DNA from: Eledone cirrhosa
Lineage: Eukaryota
Direction of reading: 5' to 3'
Length of the DNA stretch: 64,000 nt
Assembly: GCA_964016885.1 (NCBI GenBank)
Contig: OZ024749.1
Span: forward strand, 4,154,001 to 4,218,000
Positions within the stretch are counted from its first letter, which is position 1. Each line of letters opens with the position of its first letter. Made by a program: the position numbers and the translations under genes. The notes below the pieces were generated by a model. The model searched no databases and was not told the origin of the DNA. It worked only from the letters and a program-made list of their open reading frames with translations. Below are positions 1 to 15,434 of the stretch, piece after piece.

Positions 1-24
1 ATGTATCTGTGTATTTCTTGTTAT

Positions 25-70
<46 letters not shown>

Positions 71-133
71 GTGTGTGTGTGTTTATACATATATATATAT
101 ATACATACATATATATAATGTGTGTGTGTGTTG

Positions 134-197
<64 letters not shown>

Positions 198-551
198 TAT
201 ATAAAAATTATCGGTCTACATGGCTGAACATAATAGATGTAATCTGAGCTTTTCGAATATTAATAATAACAATATTCGATTCGTTGCAATCATGTAAACA
301 GCCTCTTTCTTTTTTAAAGGCATGCGAGTAGAATGAACCCCCCTTCCTTGCTCTTTTGTAAGCATTAATGTTTCAGTGTATCACCCTTCATCAGTGGATT
401 TCACTGTTCACCTACCAACTGTCAGAGCTAATGAAAATATATATTTTCTAAAATATACAGCGACAGATCTGCCTGATTTGCACATTAGCCTACTGGCTGA
501 TCGCCCTGCTAATATGCATATCGAATGTTATTGATAATATTCAAAAAATTA

Positions 552-642
<91 letters not shown>

Positions 643-644
<2 letters not shown>

Positions 645-787
645 TAATATAAGATCAAAAGAGTTCCATGTTTTAACCATCTTTTGATTTCATATTATTT
701 ATAATCCAGTCCTATAAATTGTAGAGTGCTACTTATCCGATATTTGCATTGCTTTATTGTGCTACAATAAAACACACCTCCTACATT
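643..787 (+). mobile_element. PLE pLTR remnant (family B) with short inverted 5' pieces, between (TA)n tracts
   Basis: TTTTAACCATCTTTTGAT...GTAGAGTGCTACTTATCCGATATTTGCATTGCTTTATTGT matches 54342-54432. 643-670 is reverse-complementary to parts of the same family. Confidence 0.7.
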
Positions 788-813
788 ATATATATATAAA
801 TGTATGTATGTAT

Positions 814-888
<75 letters not shown>

Positions 889-2884
889 TGTGCGTGCGTG
901 TGTGTGTATGTGTGTGTGTGTTTGTTTCTGTGTGTGTGTGTGTGAAATTGTGGATGTGTAATGAAAAGAAGAAGCTTTTAAATGTATATATTAGTCTGAA
1001 ATTTCAACATCAAAAACACAGGTCATAGTTCCTTATAACTATATATTCATGTCCTTCGCTATATGTGGAAAGCTACAACTTAAAGTACTGTCACGAAGAA
1101 TTATCACGTAATGTTTTACATACGTAGCTATGGATGTTTTATAAAAGATATGTATGAAAACAACTGAAGCTGTTGAATTTGGATGATTATCGAATTTACA
1201 CTTGCTGAATTTTGTATGATATGTAATCGAACTCGGGACGTATTGATTATTATGATAACGTCTTAAGCAATCAGACGTACTAGATACACAAAAGCTAATA
1301 CTGAAACCTATCGCAAAATCCTGCTAAAATAAAAATGCTTTATACCTAGTCGATATCTCGGGCTTTTACGAAGGGCTGAGATGATTATGCTAAAAATGAA
1401 AATAGGGTGATGTGCTCAAGCAGGGAGATGCTATAGAATCGCATTTAAAAATAGGGTGGATACACTTTGAATCGGCAAAATATGTTACCACCGGCCAGAT
1501 ACGAGGCTCGCCTTCCTGTGTTGTCCGATACCAACTTTGTTTCCGTCTGTCATCCAATACTTGTTGTATATATTCGTTGCATTGTATTAATCGATGGATT
1601 TAACATAAAATAATATACAAGTAATACAATAGGGGGAATATAGTAGGAATGGGAAAATGCCAGATATAATTTTATTTTATTTCCCTCTAATAGTTTTGTG
1701 TGGAGAAAGGAGCAGTTCTTATGGCATTTGCCAGGCCCTGTGAGACTAGAATGATCGATGTGGTTGATTTCAACTTTATGATGAATATAGGATGATGATT
1801 GGATGACTGCAGTCAGTGGCTTATTATATACCATTAAAGTTAAAGTAGAAATGAAACACAAATCAGATGGGACTACTTTTGTATTTCGGTCATATTTCTC
1901 ATATTTCTGATGATGTATATTGATGTATATAACAGTCGCATTAACGGCAGAAATTGACTCCTCTTCTTGACAATGCGTCTGTTGGTAAAAAGCGATGAAT
2001 TGGCCAAGTCGGTAGAGCGTCTGAGAAAATGACACCGTATATGATCTGGCTATCTCCTGCCTCACTTTAAAGACGAACTAACCTACCTATTTCAAGAAAA
2101 GTTGTAATGCTTCTGGAAGGAACTACTACATACCTCATCCCTAGAATGCTGGCTTAATTGGGGAAACAAATCTTAAACAACATTTAAAGTATCTTCATAA
2201 CTAATCAAAAGTTGCCGTAGGCAGAAATAACGTTTGCAAGAGAAAACTACCTAAGGAGTACTTCCATGCCACAATACAGCTTCTCATATGCTCTTTACAT
2301 TGAGGCGTTCGCGGAGTTGTAGCCATGGTTTTCTTTTTTTTAGTTAACTAACGTTGTATTCCATAGTTGAAACAAAAGGTTATGTAGGTATCAAAATGGA
2401 ATGTCAGCCTCAAGATTTGTGCAATTGATGGTATAAATATAATATCGGCTACTATGGTAATAGATATGTGTATACATATATTTAAATAGATATAAATGCA
2501 CATGTGTATGTACGTCTACATGTAAATATACACACGTACTTTCCTGCATGCCTGAACATTAATACACACTCATCAGCTTTTAGAATGTCTGTTGTTTCCA
2601 CGATTTACCGAAATGCACCTCGTAACAACGTAGAATATATATCTCTGTTGGTATAGTTTATGTTAGGAGCGAATATATTAGATATAGAGTTCAGAGAGAG
2701 GAAATATAAACTACGTCCACTCGGCCTCAGGTCATGATAAGAAAGGAAGAACAATGGCTCTGTAAGGGGAAGTGAAGAGTAGGAGTGCTGGGTACGAGAA
2801 GGGCAGTAAGAGAAAAAAAAGAGAAAGAACGAAAGAAAGGGGGAATAATGATATAGGGGAGTAATAAATACAATTCTCCTTTGA

Positions 2885-3790
2885 CTGGGCTGCAGACTTG
2901 GGTTAAGAAGTGACCTATACTGGACCCCTGGCATCTGGAATGTTCCCATCTGGTCACTGCTTCTATCAGTCGGGCACTGAAGTCAGTTGAAATTCCAGTC
3001 AAGAGTTCTATAGAGGATTAGTGGTGGGCAGGAGTGACACCACTTTTGAAAAGGCCCCTGGCTTCGACTTGTTTTTTTCGGCGGAATTTGAGCCAGGGAC
3101 TATAAATAACTGCCAGAAATCCCTCGCTTGGCAATGCTACTGTGGGCTTTGGTGGTTCGAGATAAAATCTACAAGCACAGAAGTTCGGTGATATAAACCT
3201 ATCTGAAATGCGTGCAGAGTGACGAAACCGTTCTGCACGTACTTGACCAGTGCCCGTGCATTACTGACTTGTGGAGGTATGTCGAACATCTGGTTTCAAA
3301 ATAGGACAGAACGAGTCCAGTGTTAACATCGTCACTCCGCAATTTATAGCTGAGAAGGGCAAACATGTTCATCTGTTTGTTGGCCGTAGCGAAGGAATTT
3401 ATGTGGTAGACGAGGCTGAAAAGGCTCTTTTCTCTTCGGCCAATCTCTCATTACCTTTTCAAGATTCCCTTGGAAAGGAAATTGAGTGAGGTGAGGGAAA
3501 TGCAATCCCCACTACATTTGTTAAAAGGTGGGTAAATTGCTGATTTAGTGAGGAGAAGGGCACCTTGCTATGCTTTTGCTTGCCTGTCGGTTGATTCATG
3601 ATTTGTGGGGTTCCTCAGGCACTCATGGGTAGCCATTGCCACTATTGCAGAATTTCCATTGTTATTCATTTTGTTGTTTATAATTATCTGGTATTGATAT
3701 ACTCTAATCGATTTCTTTATAATCCTACACTGCTCCTATTATTTGTATTGTCCTCTATTTGTCGGTGCTTGTGGCCAAAAAAAAAGAAAT
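2885..3790 (+). mobile_element. Decayed Tx1/L1-clade LINE ORF2 3' end and 3' UTR
   Basis: Broken + frames give QKSLAWQCY..VRDKIYKH and CVQSDETVLHVLDQCPCITDLWRYVE (zf-RVT-like knuckle, about 3209-3290). Ends in an A-rich tail at 3777-3790. Confidence 0.7.
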
Positions 3791-4100
3791 AATAATTACT
3801 ATTATTATTTTTATTTATATTATTCTTATAGAGTGGAGATATGTGCATACAAACACACATGTATATATAAACAAATAAATATAAACATATGAATATATTT
3901 ATATATATATTCAAACATGCATCGCCAATATTCGTCTGGAATTTCCCCTCTCCGTAACAGATAATATCACAATAATCCAGAAGCTCCATAGAGAACTATA
4001 TGCACGCAAACATATACATATATGTATAAATATATATATATATATATATGTATATGTGTATATTTATATATATATATACATATGTATATATATGTGTGTG

Positions 4101-4223
<123 letters not shown>

Positions 4224-4228
4224 GTGTG

Positions 4229-4318
<90 letters not shown>

Positions 4319-4715
4319 ATATATGATAGATATTCGTGACATATTCCATATCATCTGCTTGAATCCGAACGACGCCTGCAGTACAACCCGCGCAGGGATA
4401 TTCCTGATATAACAGATATGATTTTAACGTGATATTTTCGGCGCTAGCTCGACATGCCACTGATCTTTACGCACGTATGCGTTAAACATGATATGGAATA
4501 GGCTCTTTTTAACGGAAAAAAAGAAAGATGAACGCTTGTTTCAGTTGCTTGTGCAAAGTTTTCTCTTTATTACATTTGACGAATACCGAATTATATTTCA
4601 TATGATGTCCTTTTTTCCAACAAAATATCATTGAATTACTCCGTCACTGAATATGTTATTGCAGTGAAGCACACGCACAAACACACACACACACATACTC
4701 TCACATACACACATA

Positions 4716-4799
<84 letters not shown>

Positions 4800-4882
4800 T
4801 ACAATATATATATATGTATGTATATATATATGTATATATATATATATATATACACATATATGCATACATATACATATATACG

Positions 4883-4969
<87 letters not shown>

Positions 4970-5013
4970 ATATATGTATATGTATGTATATATGTGTATA
5001 TATATATATATAT

Positions 5014-5076
<63 letters not shown>

Positions 5077-5376
5077 TGTATGTGTGTACGTGTGTGTGTG
5101 TATAGTCTTTATTATGAATAAATATGATAAAAATATAGTATTCTTCTTCTATGTCGAAAAAATGATTTTCAATAATAAGTACAACCGTCTCTATATATGT
5201 TTTTGTTTATTTCTCGTAGGAAAAACTGTGTAGATTGTGATAACATATAGAAAAAATATGGCAACTATTCTGAAACACATTCAATTACATATGAACATGA
5301 TGATGGTAGGAATTTTATCTATATTCAACGTGTCACAAATATCGAGTCAATATGTAATTTACCATTTTTAATTAAC

Positions 5377-6815
5377 AATCAACCATAACACTCAGATATT
5401 TGAATTTGATTTACGGAGGAGCTGTAGAAATAAAACTCACAAAATCTCATGGAATGCCTTTCATTAGAAAATTACAATTGTGGGTTAATTGGTCGTGTAT
5501 GTCAAAAATATGCTAAGTAACTTTTAGTTTACTAAGAAACTTGTAGTTTCACAAATTTGCTAAGTAACAGTAGTTTACTCTCAAAAAACACAAACACACA
5601 CAAACATGTGTATAATAAAGTATTAGGGAAGGTATTATGAATTATGGAGTGTTCTTGGGATCTCAATGTCTGGCCATATTGTTTTCCTCCCACAAGGATC
5701 CCACAAGACAGTCTGTAGATGATGTGTGCTCTGGTAGAAATAATAGCGAAATGTCCATCAAATCCTGCCCTTGCGTGTTAAGACAACACAAACGGAAGGA
5801 TTCATTAATATGTACACCTACTTTGAAAAGGTTGGAATAACACCATTAAATAAAACTGACGTGAGGCTACCTTACTTATAACATCACATACAGCAGTAAC
5901 ATAACAAGAATAATAACAAAGTCAACTTGTCAAGCCATCCCTCAAATATGAAGTTTTAATGCAATACATGTTAAGTTCGTTTTAGTAGAAATATTTACAC
6001 AGTAAAGTAATGGAGAGATACAATTTTTGCATCATGTAAACTAAATCTGTTAAAATGAAATGAAATTAAATTCCTCCCAGTATATTAATCCTCGATAATA
6101 TAAAACCCCGTTAGGAAAACATTCTAGTAAAGCGAAAGAAAAAACGAAATATTGTTGCATCACATGACAAATGGAAGTCTGCCCAAGAATATTGATCTTA
6201 TTCAGAACAATCTCCACCCACGTAAAATACTATAAACATTCGAATTAACCAACATGTTTTAAATATTTACAACTAACTCATCAGATGTTGTTAAATGTTA
6301 GATAATTTTACTTAACTATGCGTTGTTTTACTTAACAGTAATATCTGATTTTCTAGTTAACACAAATATTAGAGAGTCGGATAATTTAGTTTGAAGAATG
6401 TGTCTCGCCATGTTGAGCCCGGGATTGACATAACTCCGAGTTAACTTCAGTTTTTGTTCTTTCAAATGATATAACGTGGCAGTGAAAAACCTGGATCAAT
6501 GCTTCTGCTCTTTCTGTTACTTAAAATCTTTCCTTCTGGAGGAAAATAAATATGGCCAGACTTTCAGAATCCAGGAGCACTCCATAATACAAGATACCTT
6601 CCATAATACTTGATTATACACATATATGTGAGTGTATGTTGACTGTAAACTCCCGTACTATATTTCTTAAAAGTTACTTAGCATATTTTTGACATACTAG
6701 ATCAATTAACTCTGAAATGTAATTTTCTAATGAAAGAATTCCATGAGATCCTTGGGTTTTATTTCTAGAGCTCCACCGAAACTTAAATTGAAATATATGA
6801 GTGCTATGGTTGATT
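5377..6815. mobile_element. Old element bounded by about 300-bp diverged inverted repeats (MITE/DNA transposon-like)
   Basis: 5377-5698 is an imperfect reverse complement of 6531-6815, e.g. GTATGTCAAAAATATGCTAAGTAACTTTTA vs TAAAAGTTACTTAGCATATTTTTGACATAC. Confidence 0.65.
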
Positions 6816-7029
6816 ACATCAGATGATTGAAAGTGATCGTATAGTATAGAACGAAATAAACAAGCTTTTAAAATGTGTGAAAAGATGAAGACACAAGATC
6901 ACTGTTGTATGATGAAGCAGGCTTTGCATGAGAAACTTTAAAAATAGCTGCTGCTTCATTCTCCTTCATAATGTTGATTGAATTCAGTGTGACGTTAAAT
7001 AAACACACCACAAATAATATAAACAACAA

Positions 7030-10000
7030 CAGCAACAACAGCAACTACAGCCACACAATAAGCGACAACACCAACAACATCAACTACAGCCACACAACAC
7101 CAACAACACCAACAACATCAACCACAGCCACACAACGCCTACAACATCAACTACAGCCACACAACAGTAACAACACCAACAACAGAAACTACAGCCACAC
7201 AACAGCAACAACATCAACAACATAAACCACAACCACACAACAGCGACAACACCCACAACATCAACTACAGCCACACAACAGCGACAACACCAACAACAGA
7301 AACTACAGCCACACAACAGCAACAACATCAACAACATAAACCACAGCCACACAACAGCAACAACACCAACAACATCAACTACAGCCACACAACACCATCA
7401 ACACGAACTACAGCCACACAACAGCGACAACACCGACAACATCAATTACAGCCACACAACAGCAACAACACCAACAACATCAACTACAGCCACACAACAG
7501 TGACAACATCAACAACATCAACTACAGCCACACAAGAGCGACAGCACAAACAACATCAACTACAGCCACACAACAGCGACAACACCCACAACATCAACTA
7601 CAGCCACACAACAGCGACAACACCCACAACATCAACTACAGCCACACAACAGCGACAACACCAACATCATCAACCACAGCCACACAGCAGGGACAACATC
7701 AAAAACATCAACTACAGCCACACAACAGCAACAACACCAACAACATAAACCACAACCACACAACAGCGACAACACCCACAACATCAACTACAGCCAAACA
7801 ACAGCAACAACAGCAACTACAGCCAACAACAGCAACCACACAAACATCAACTACAGCCACACGACAGCGACAACACCCACAACATCAACTACAGCCACAC
7901 AACAGCGACAACACCAACAACATCAACTACAGCCACACAACAGCAACAACAGCAACAACATAAACCACAACCACACAACAGCGACAACACCCACAACATC
8001 AACTACAGCCACACAACAGCGACAACACCAACAACAGAAACTACAGCCACACAACAGCAACAACATCAACAACATAAACCACAGCCACACAACAGCAACA
8101 ACACCAACAACATCAACTACAGCCACACAACACCATCAACACGAACTACAGCCACACAACAGCGACAACACCGACAACATCAATTACAGCCACACAACAG
8201 CAACAACACCAACAACATCAACTACAGCCACACAACAGTGACAACATCAACAACATCAACTACAGCCACACAAGAGCGACAGCACAAACAACATCAACTA
8301 CAGCCACACAACAGCGACAACACCCACAACATCAACTACAGCCACACAACAGCGACAACACCCACAACATCAACTACAGCCACACAACAGCGACAACACC
8401 AACATCATCAACCACAGCCACACAGCAGGGACAACATCAAAAACATCAACTACAGCCACACAACAGCAACAACACCAACAACATAAACCACAACCACACA
8501 ACAGCGACAACACCCACAACATCAACTACAGCCAAACAACAGCAACAACAGCAACTACAGCCAACAACAGCAACCACACAAACATCAACTACAGCCACAC
8601 GACAGCGACAACACCCACAACATCAACTACAGCCACACAACAGCGACAACACCAACAACATCAACTACAGCCACACAACAGCAACAACAGCAACAACATC
8701 AACTACAGCCACACAACAGCGACACCACCCACAACATCAACTACAGCCACACAACAGCGACAACATCAACAACATCAACTACAGTCACACAAGAGCGACA
8801 ACACCAACAACACCAACAGCATCAACCACAGCCATACAGGGGTGACCACATCAACTACAGCCACAAAACGGGCGACAACACCAACAACATCAACTACAGT
8901 CACACAAGAGCGACGACACCAACAACACCAACAACATCAACCACAGCCACACAAAACCAACAATACGAACAACATCAACTACAGCCACACAACAGCAACA
9001 ACACCAAACACACCAACTACAGCCACACAGCCACAACAACATCAACTACAATCACACAACAGCATCAACACCAACAACAGCAACTACAGCCAACAAGAGC
9101 AACAATACCAACAACATCAACTACAGCCACACAACAACGACAAGACCCACAACATCAACTACAGCCAAACAACAGCAACACCACCAACTACATCAACTAC
9201 AGTCACACACCAGCGACAGCACCAACAACATCAATACAGCCACACAACAGCTACAACACCAACAACATCAACTACAACCACACAACAGCGTCAACACCAA
9301 CAACATCAATTACAGCCACACAAAACCAACAATACGAACAACATCAACTACAGCCACACAACAGCAACAACACCAAACACACCAACTACAGCCACACAGC
9401 CACAACAACATCAACTACAATCACACAACAGCGACAACAACCAACAACAGAAACTACAGCCAACGAGAGCAACAATACCAACAACATCAACTACAGCCAC
9501 ACAACAACGACAAGACCCACAACATCAACTACAGCCAAACAACAGCAACACCACCAACAACATCAACTACAGTCACATAACAGCGACACCAATAACATCA
9601 ACTACAGCCACACAACAGCGACAACACCAACAATATCAACTGCAGCCACACAACAGCGATAACACCAACAACATCAACTACAGCCACACGACAGCGACAA
9701 CACCAACAACATCAACTACGGCCCCACAACAGCGACAACAACAACATCAACTACAGCCTCACAACAGCGACAACAACAACAGCAACAACCACAGCCACAC
9801 ACCAGCGACAACAACCAACAACATCAACTACAACCACACAACAGCGACAACACCAACAACATCAACTGCAGCCACACAACAGCGACAACACCAACAACAT
9901 CAACTACAGCCACACGACAGCGAAAACACCAACCACATCATCTACAGCCCCACAGCAGCGACAACAACAACATCAACTACAGCCTCACAACAGCGACAAC

Positions 10001-10670
10001 AACAACAGCAACAGCGACAGCCACACAACAGCGACAACACCAACAACATCAACTACAACCACACAACAGCGACAACAACATCAACCTTAATTACAGCCAC
10101 ACAGCAGCAACAACAACAACATCAACAACCACAGCCACACAAAAGCGACAACACCAACAACAGCATCTACAACCACACAACAGCGACAACACCAACAACA
10201 CCAACTGCAGCCACACAACAGCAACAACACCAACTACAGCCAAACTACAGCAACTACACCAACTACAGCCAAACAACAGCAACAACACCGACTACACTCA
10301 CACAACAGCGACAACAAAAACAACAACAACACCAATAACAATAACAACAGCAAATACACCAACACTAACAGCAAACACACCAACAACAACAAACACACCA
10401 ATAACAACACCAACACCAAACACGCCAATAACAACAACAAACACATCAATAACAACAGCAACAACAAACACGCCAACAACAACACCAATAACAAACACAA
10501 CAACAACAACCACACCAATAACAACACCAACAACAACAAACACACCAATAACAACACCGCCAACAACAAACATGCCAATAGCAACAACAAACACACCAAT
10601 GAAACAGCATCAACAGATACACCAATAACAACAACAACAACAACAACAACAAACACACCAATTACAATGA
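7030..10670. repeat. 38-bp C/A-rich minisatellite with a 738-bp higher-order duplication, decaying into (AAC)n
   Basis: The unit CAACAACATCAACTACAGCCACACAACAGCGACAACAC recurs every 38 bp (7561, 7599, 7637). ORFs 7500..7748 and 8238..8486 are identical at a 738-bp offset. Confidence 0.95.
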
Positions 10671-11245
10671 TTACTACACGAGGGAACACAATATTTTAAT
10701 ATTCTATCAGATCGTCAGAATTGGTAAACTGTGAATTGAATGCTTATTTCTAGGCGCTTTACAGTTTGAATTCAAATTCCGACCTCAATAAATCAAGATA
10801 CCAGTCAAATACTAGGGGTTGCTATTACGGACAATTCCACCTCTTCAACTTATTGGACTTAAATTAGAAATCAATATTTAATCCGTGAAAATTAAAATAT
10901 ATGAAATATATATGTAAGTAGGGCTAAAATGTGATGCCATCCATTGCGGCATTGTTCGGTTCTGATTTTTTTGTTTAACCAGTCGCAAATATTGAAAACC
11001 GCTTCTCATCACTCATGGTAGCTCGAGATATTTAAATGCCGGGTTCTGACTGACTCATGCTATTTGATCCCATTGACATAGAGACATTCAATGTCCTTCT
11101 CAGCTCATCATTTTACGGGTGTTTTACTTTGCAAAATCTGGAGGACAAACATCTCGTTTGAAGGAGGATCTTTATATATGGGCACTTAGACAAAGCTTTG
11201 TCTTTAGTTGAGACATCCATTCTTTTGGAGGCGTCTTTGATTATG

Positions 11246-12067
11246 TGGTGGTGGTGGTGGTCGTGCTGCTGGTGCTGGTGCTGGTGGGGTGGTGGCAGTG
11301 ATGATGGGGATGGATATGGTGCTGGTGGTGATGGCTGTGGTTATGGTGCTGGTGGTGGTGGTGACTGTGTTGGTGGTGGTGGTGATGATGTAGTGAGTGG
11401 TTGTGATGGTGATGGTGGTGGTGGTGATGTAGTCAGTGGCGGTGATGGTGATGGTGTTGAAGTAGCCAGTGGTAGTGATGGTGGTGGTGTTGGTGGTGAT
11501 GTAGTCAGTGGTGTTGATGGTGGTGGTGTTAGTGGTGAAGTAGTCACTGGTGGTGATGGTGGTGGTGATGTCAGTGACGGTGATGGTGGTGGTGATGGTG
11601 ATGGTGTTGGTGGTGGTGGTGATGTAGTCAGTGGTGGTGATGGTGATGGTGGTGGTGGTGGTGGTGGTGATGTAGTCAGTGGCAGTGATGGTGGTGGTGT
11701 TGGTGGTGGTGGTGATGTAGTCAGTGGTGGTGATGGTGGTGGTGTTGGTGGTGATGTAGTCAGTGGCAGTGATGGTGGTGGTGTTGGTGGTGGTGGTGAT
11801 GTAGTCAGTGGCGGTGATGGTGATGGTGTTGGTGGTGGTGGTGGCGATGCTGGTGCTGGTGTTGGTGGTGGTGGTGATGTAGTCAGCGGTTGTGATGGTG
11901 CTGGTGTTGGTGGTGGTGGTGATGTAGTCAGCAGTGGTGATGGTGCTGGTGGTATTGGTGGTGGTGGTGATGTAGTCAGCGGTGGTGGTGATGGTGCTGG
12001 TGGTGGTGGTGGTGGTGATGTAGTCAGCGGTGGTGATGGTGATGGTGGTGGCGGTGGTGACGATGTA
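11246..12067. repeat. (GGT)n-based minisatellite anchored by GATGTAGTCAGT
   Basis: Repeated GGTGATGTAGTCAGTGG with variable GGT runs. Confidence 0.9.
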
Positions 12068-12482
12068 GAGAAACCTGGCTACAATAAAAACAAAATGGTC
12101 GAATTATTTAATGTTCAATTCTCCCCCCAGAATTCCAACAGCAGCAGTGTGTGTAACTCTTAAATATAATTGTATCTTCTCGTATTTTCAACTCTCTAGG
12201 CTTTATGTAAAATGGATTCAGAGAGTAATCGAGTTGTCATTCAAACTAACAACATATTCCCTATAAATATGAAGCACCCTAATGTATGTGTATCTGCGAA
12301 TGTGTGTGTATGCGTATATGTATATATTTACATGTGATTGTGTGTATGCGTTAGTGACAAGTAATTGTTTGTAAAGCTTTAAAGCTTAGTGTGTAATATT
12401 TTACGTGTGTGTTAGAGAGACAGTAGTTTCTCATAAACTAATCGGTGGTCGAAGTCTTGTGAGGTTATGATCGGCTAATAAT

Positions 12483-12672
12483 TGTTTCTACTTTTGGCAC
12501 GAGGCGAGCAATTATATCACTGTATTACTGGTATTTTATATTATCGACCCCGTAAAAGGATGGAAAGCAAATTTAACTTCGGCGGGATCTGAAATCAGAA
12601 CTTAAAGGGACATAATTCCATGTTGCAAAGCATGGCGTCCAATTCTCTACCTTGCTGCCAATCCACTCCCCA
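12483..12672 (-). mobile_element. tRNA-derived SINE (about 190-bp family, Nin-domain-like) with 16-bp TSD
   Basis: Matches the family at 42564-42752 in reverse. TSD ATGATCGGCTAATAAT at 12467-12482 and 12673-12688. Confidence 0.85.
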
Positions 12673-13458
12673 ATGATCGGCTAATAATATAGATCTGCGT
12701 AGGTGTTCATATTCATCTGTAAATTTATTTGTTTGTCTATATAATTGTAAATGTGTGTATAAATGTATATACATTGAATATCATTTTGTTGTATTTATAT
12801 TAACATGACGTTTTAGGATATGTGTGCTAGTCTTCCTGTGCTGCTCGTGTATATGTGTTTATGTGCAAGTGGATGAGTTCCTAAATGTACGTATAACTGT
12901 ACAATGATTTCTATGAGCATGTAAATGTGTGTCAATATGTGCAGAGATTCATTGTGAATGGAAATGTGTTTGTAGGTTTGTGTCTAAGTGATAATGCCTG
13001 CGAATAGCTGGATATGGGGATATTTTCCTATGCGTTTCCGATTCTGTAGAGATGCTTTTATACTTATCTGTATGTCAGTGTCGGTGAATACAAGGAAAAT
13101 TGTGTGCGAGAGCCTATTTACTTGCAAATTTATACGTGCATTCGACTGTTTAGCGCATGTAGGTATGTATATATTATATACGCAACTGTAAGTGCGTTCG
13201 GTGTATGGGTGTGATTATGTGTAATGGGATTTTGTGTGCCACTGTGTAAAATATGCAAGAAAAATCCCGCGCGTGAAAGCGGGCGCGCACAAATTAACAA
13301 TGGCGTTTAATAATGGAAAAATCTATTTTCTCTTGCGTCTGTATTATTCGCTGTCTGTTTGTTGTATACAGTAAATAATATATTGTTTGAGTTTTGTTTA
13401 AATTGATCAGCAGTTTATTTTATTTCTATTATTATTGCTTTGGGTTTGTAGCAATGTT

Positions 13459-14157
<699 letters not shown>

Positions 14158-14187
14158 TTTATATAATTATATATATATATATATATG

Positions 14188-14368
14188 TAGGAACATGTTT
14201 AACCCCAACGGCAGAGCTCAAGGCGTTTCGACGGCTGTTTCTGGAGTCCAGAAATAGCTTCAGCTCTGCCGTCGGGTTTAAAAATATTCCTATTACCCAC
14301 ACTACTACCCGAAGTATTGAGTACTCTGGTGCGTTATGGTCCATCTGGTTCCTTACCACACTTCCTTC

Positions 14369-14372
<4 letters not shown>
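14188..14372 (+). mobile_element. Short PLE-terminus element (family A) in (TA)n
   Basis: Shared body TTCCTATTACCCAC.CTACTACCC.AAGTATTGAGTACT.TGGTGCGTTATGGTCCA.CTGGTTCCTTACCACA, with an inverted head. Confidence 0.8.
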
Positions 14373-14458
<86 letters not shown>

Positions 14459-14462
14459 ATAT

Positions 14463-14517
<55 letters not shown>

Positions 14518-14947
14518 TATATATAATATATATATATATACATAAACACTCATACAAGTATACATGTGTTTGCATTGCAAATGACCATATCTCCATACGT
14601 AAAACTAATATTTAGTCCCATAAAACCGGCTGCTATTTTTAGCTGCACGGGTATGGGATGAGCTAGGGGCTGTGACACACGTGCATTCAACAACGAATTC
14701 TCTCAGTCTTCTTAAGTATTTTGAAGTGAAACTTACCAATTTCTGGATAACCGCAGAAGAGCTCAGGATTGGTAACATTCACTTAATTGTTGCGAAACAA
14801 ATTTAAAATGTGTCTGGGTATAACGGCTATTGCCAATATAGGTTTGTTTTTATTGATTTATTATTTTAAATCGAGACAGGCAAACCGTATTATTTTAATT
14901 AGTATTTTTCAATCTAGCTAACTAATTATATATATACACACACACAC

Positions 14948-15003
<56 letters not shown>

Positions 15004-15005
15004 GT

Positions 15006-15089
<84 letters not shown>

Positions 15090-15140
15090 ATATATATGTA
15101 TATATATATATATGTGTGAATGTATGTGTGTGTGTGTGTA

Positions 15141-15192
<52 letters not shown>

Positions 15193-15195
<3 letters not shown>

Positions 15196-15292
15196 CGAAG
15201 GAGGTGTGGTAAGGAACCAGATAGACCATAACGCACCCCCAGAAATGTGTGTCGACACGGCTTGAGCTCTGCCGTCGGGGTTAAACATTTTC
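15193..15292 (-). mobile_element. Family A short element, rearranged
   Basis: TAACGAAGGAGGTGTGGTAAGGAACCAGATAGACCATAACGCACC joined to CGGCTTGAGCTCTGCCGTCGGGG; (TA)n on both sides. Confidence 0.75.
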
Positions 15293-15317
15293 ATATATAT
15301 ATATATATATATATATA

Positions 15318-15434
15318 CGTAGGTCCCGGGTTGAGTCGGGGATAACCACAGTAAGTAAGGTACTCCATACATGGCAGAGTAAATTTTTTTTATTTTATAG
15401 AAGGAACTTCTACAGGACTAGTACTGTTTCATTC
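15318..15434 (-). mobile_element. PLE-terminus remnant (family C), hammerhead 3' half only
   Basis: Reverse-complement match to 40645-40755. Confidence 0.7.

Noticed and set aside
355-398. Minus-strand CTGATGA..GAAA-CATTAATG hammerhead-like motif
   Set aside because: U16.1 is missing and stem I does not pair; at best a decayed copy
1550-2065. 171-aa minus ORF
   Set aside because: No recognisable motif; overlaps a decayed SINE head at about 1990-2040
4342-4500. 13-bp inverted repeat TATTCCATATCAT around a GC-richer core
   Set aside because: No ribozyme core or TSD identified; too little to call
8842-10338. 498-aa mucin-like Thr/Gln ORF
   Set aside because: T-poor 38-bp minisatellite that lacks stops by composition; the unit is not a multiple of 3
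11198-12163. 321-aa Gly/Asp-rich ORF resembling a structural protein
   Set aside because: Explained by the (GGT)n minisatellite; non-ATG start and no independent support, though not fully excluded without RNA data
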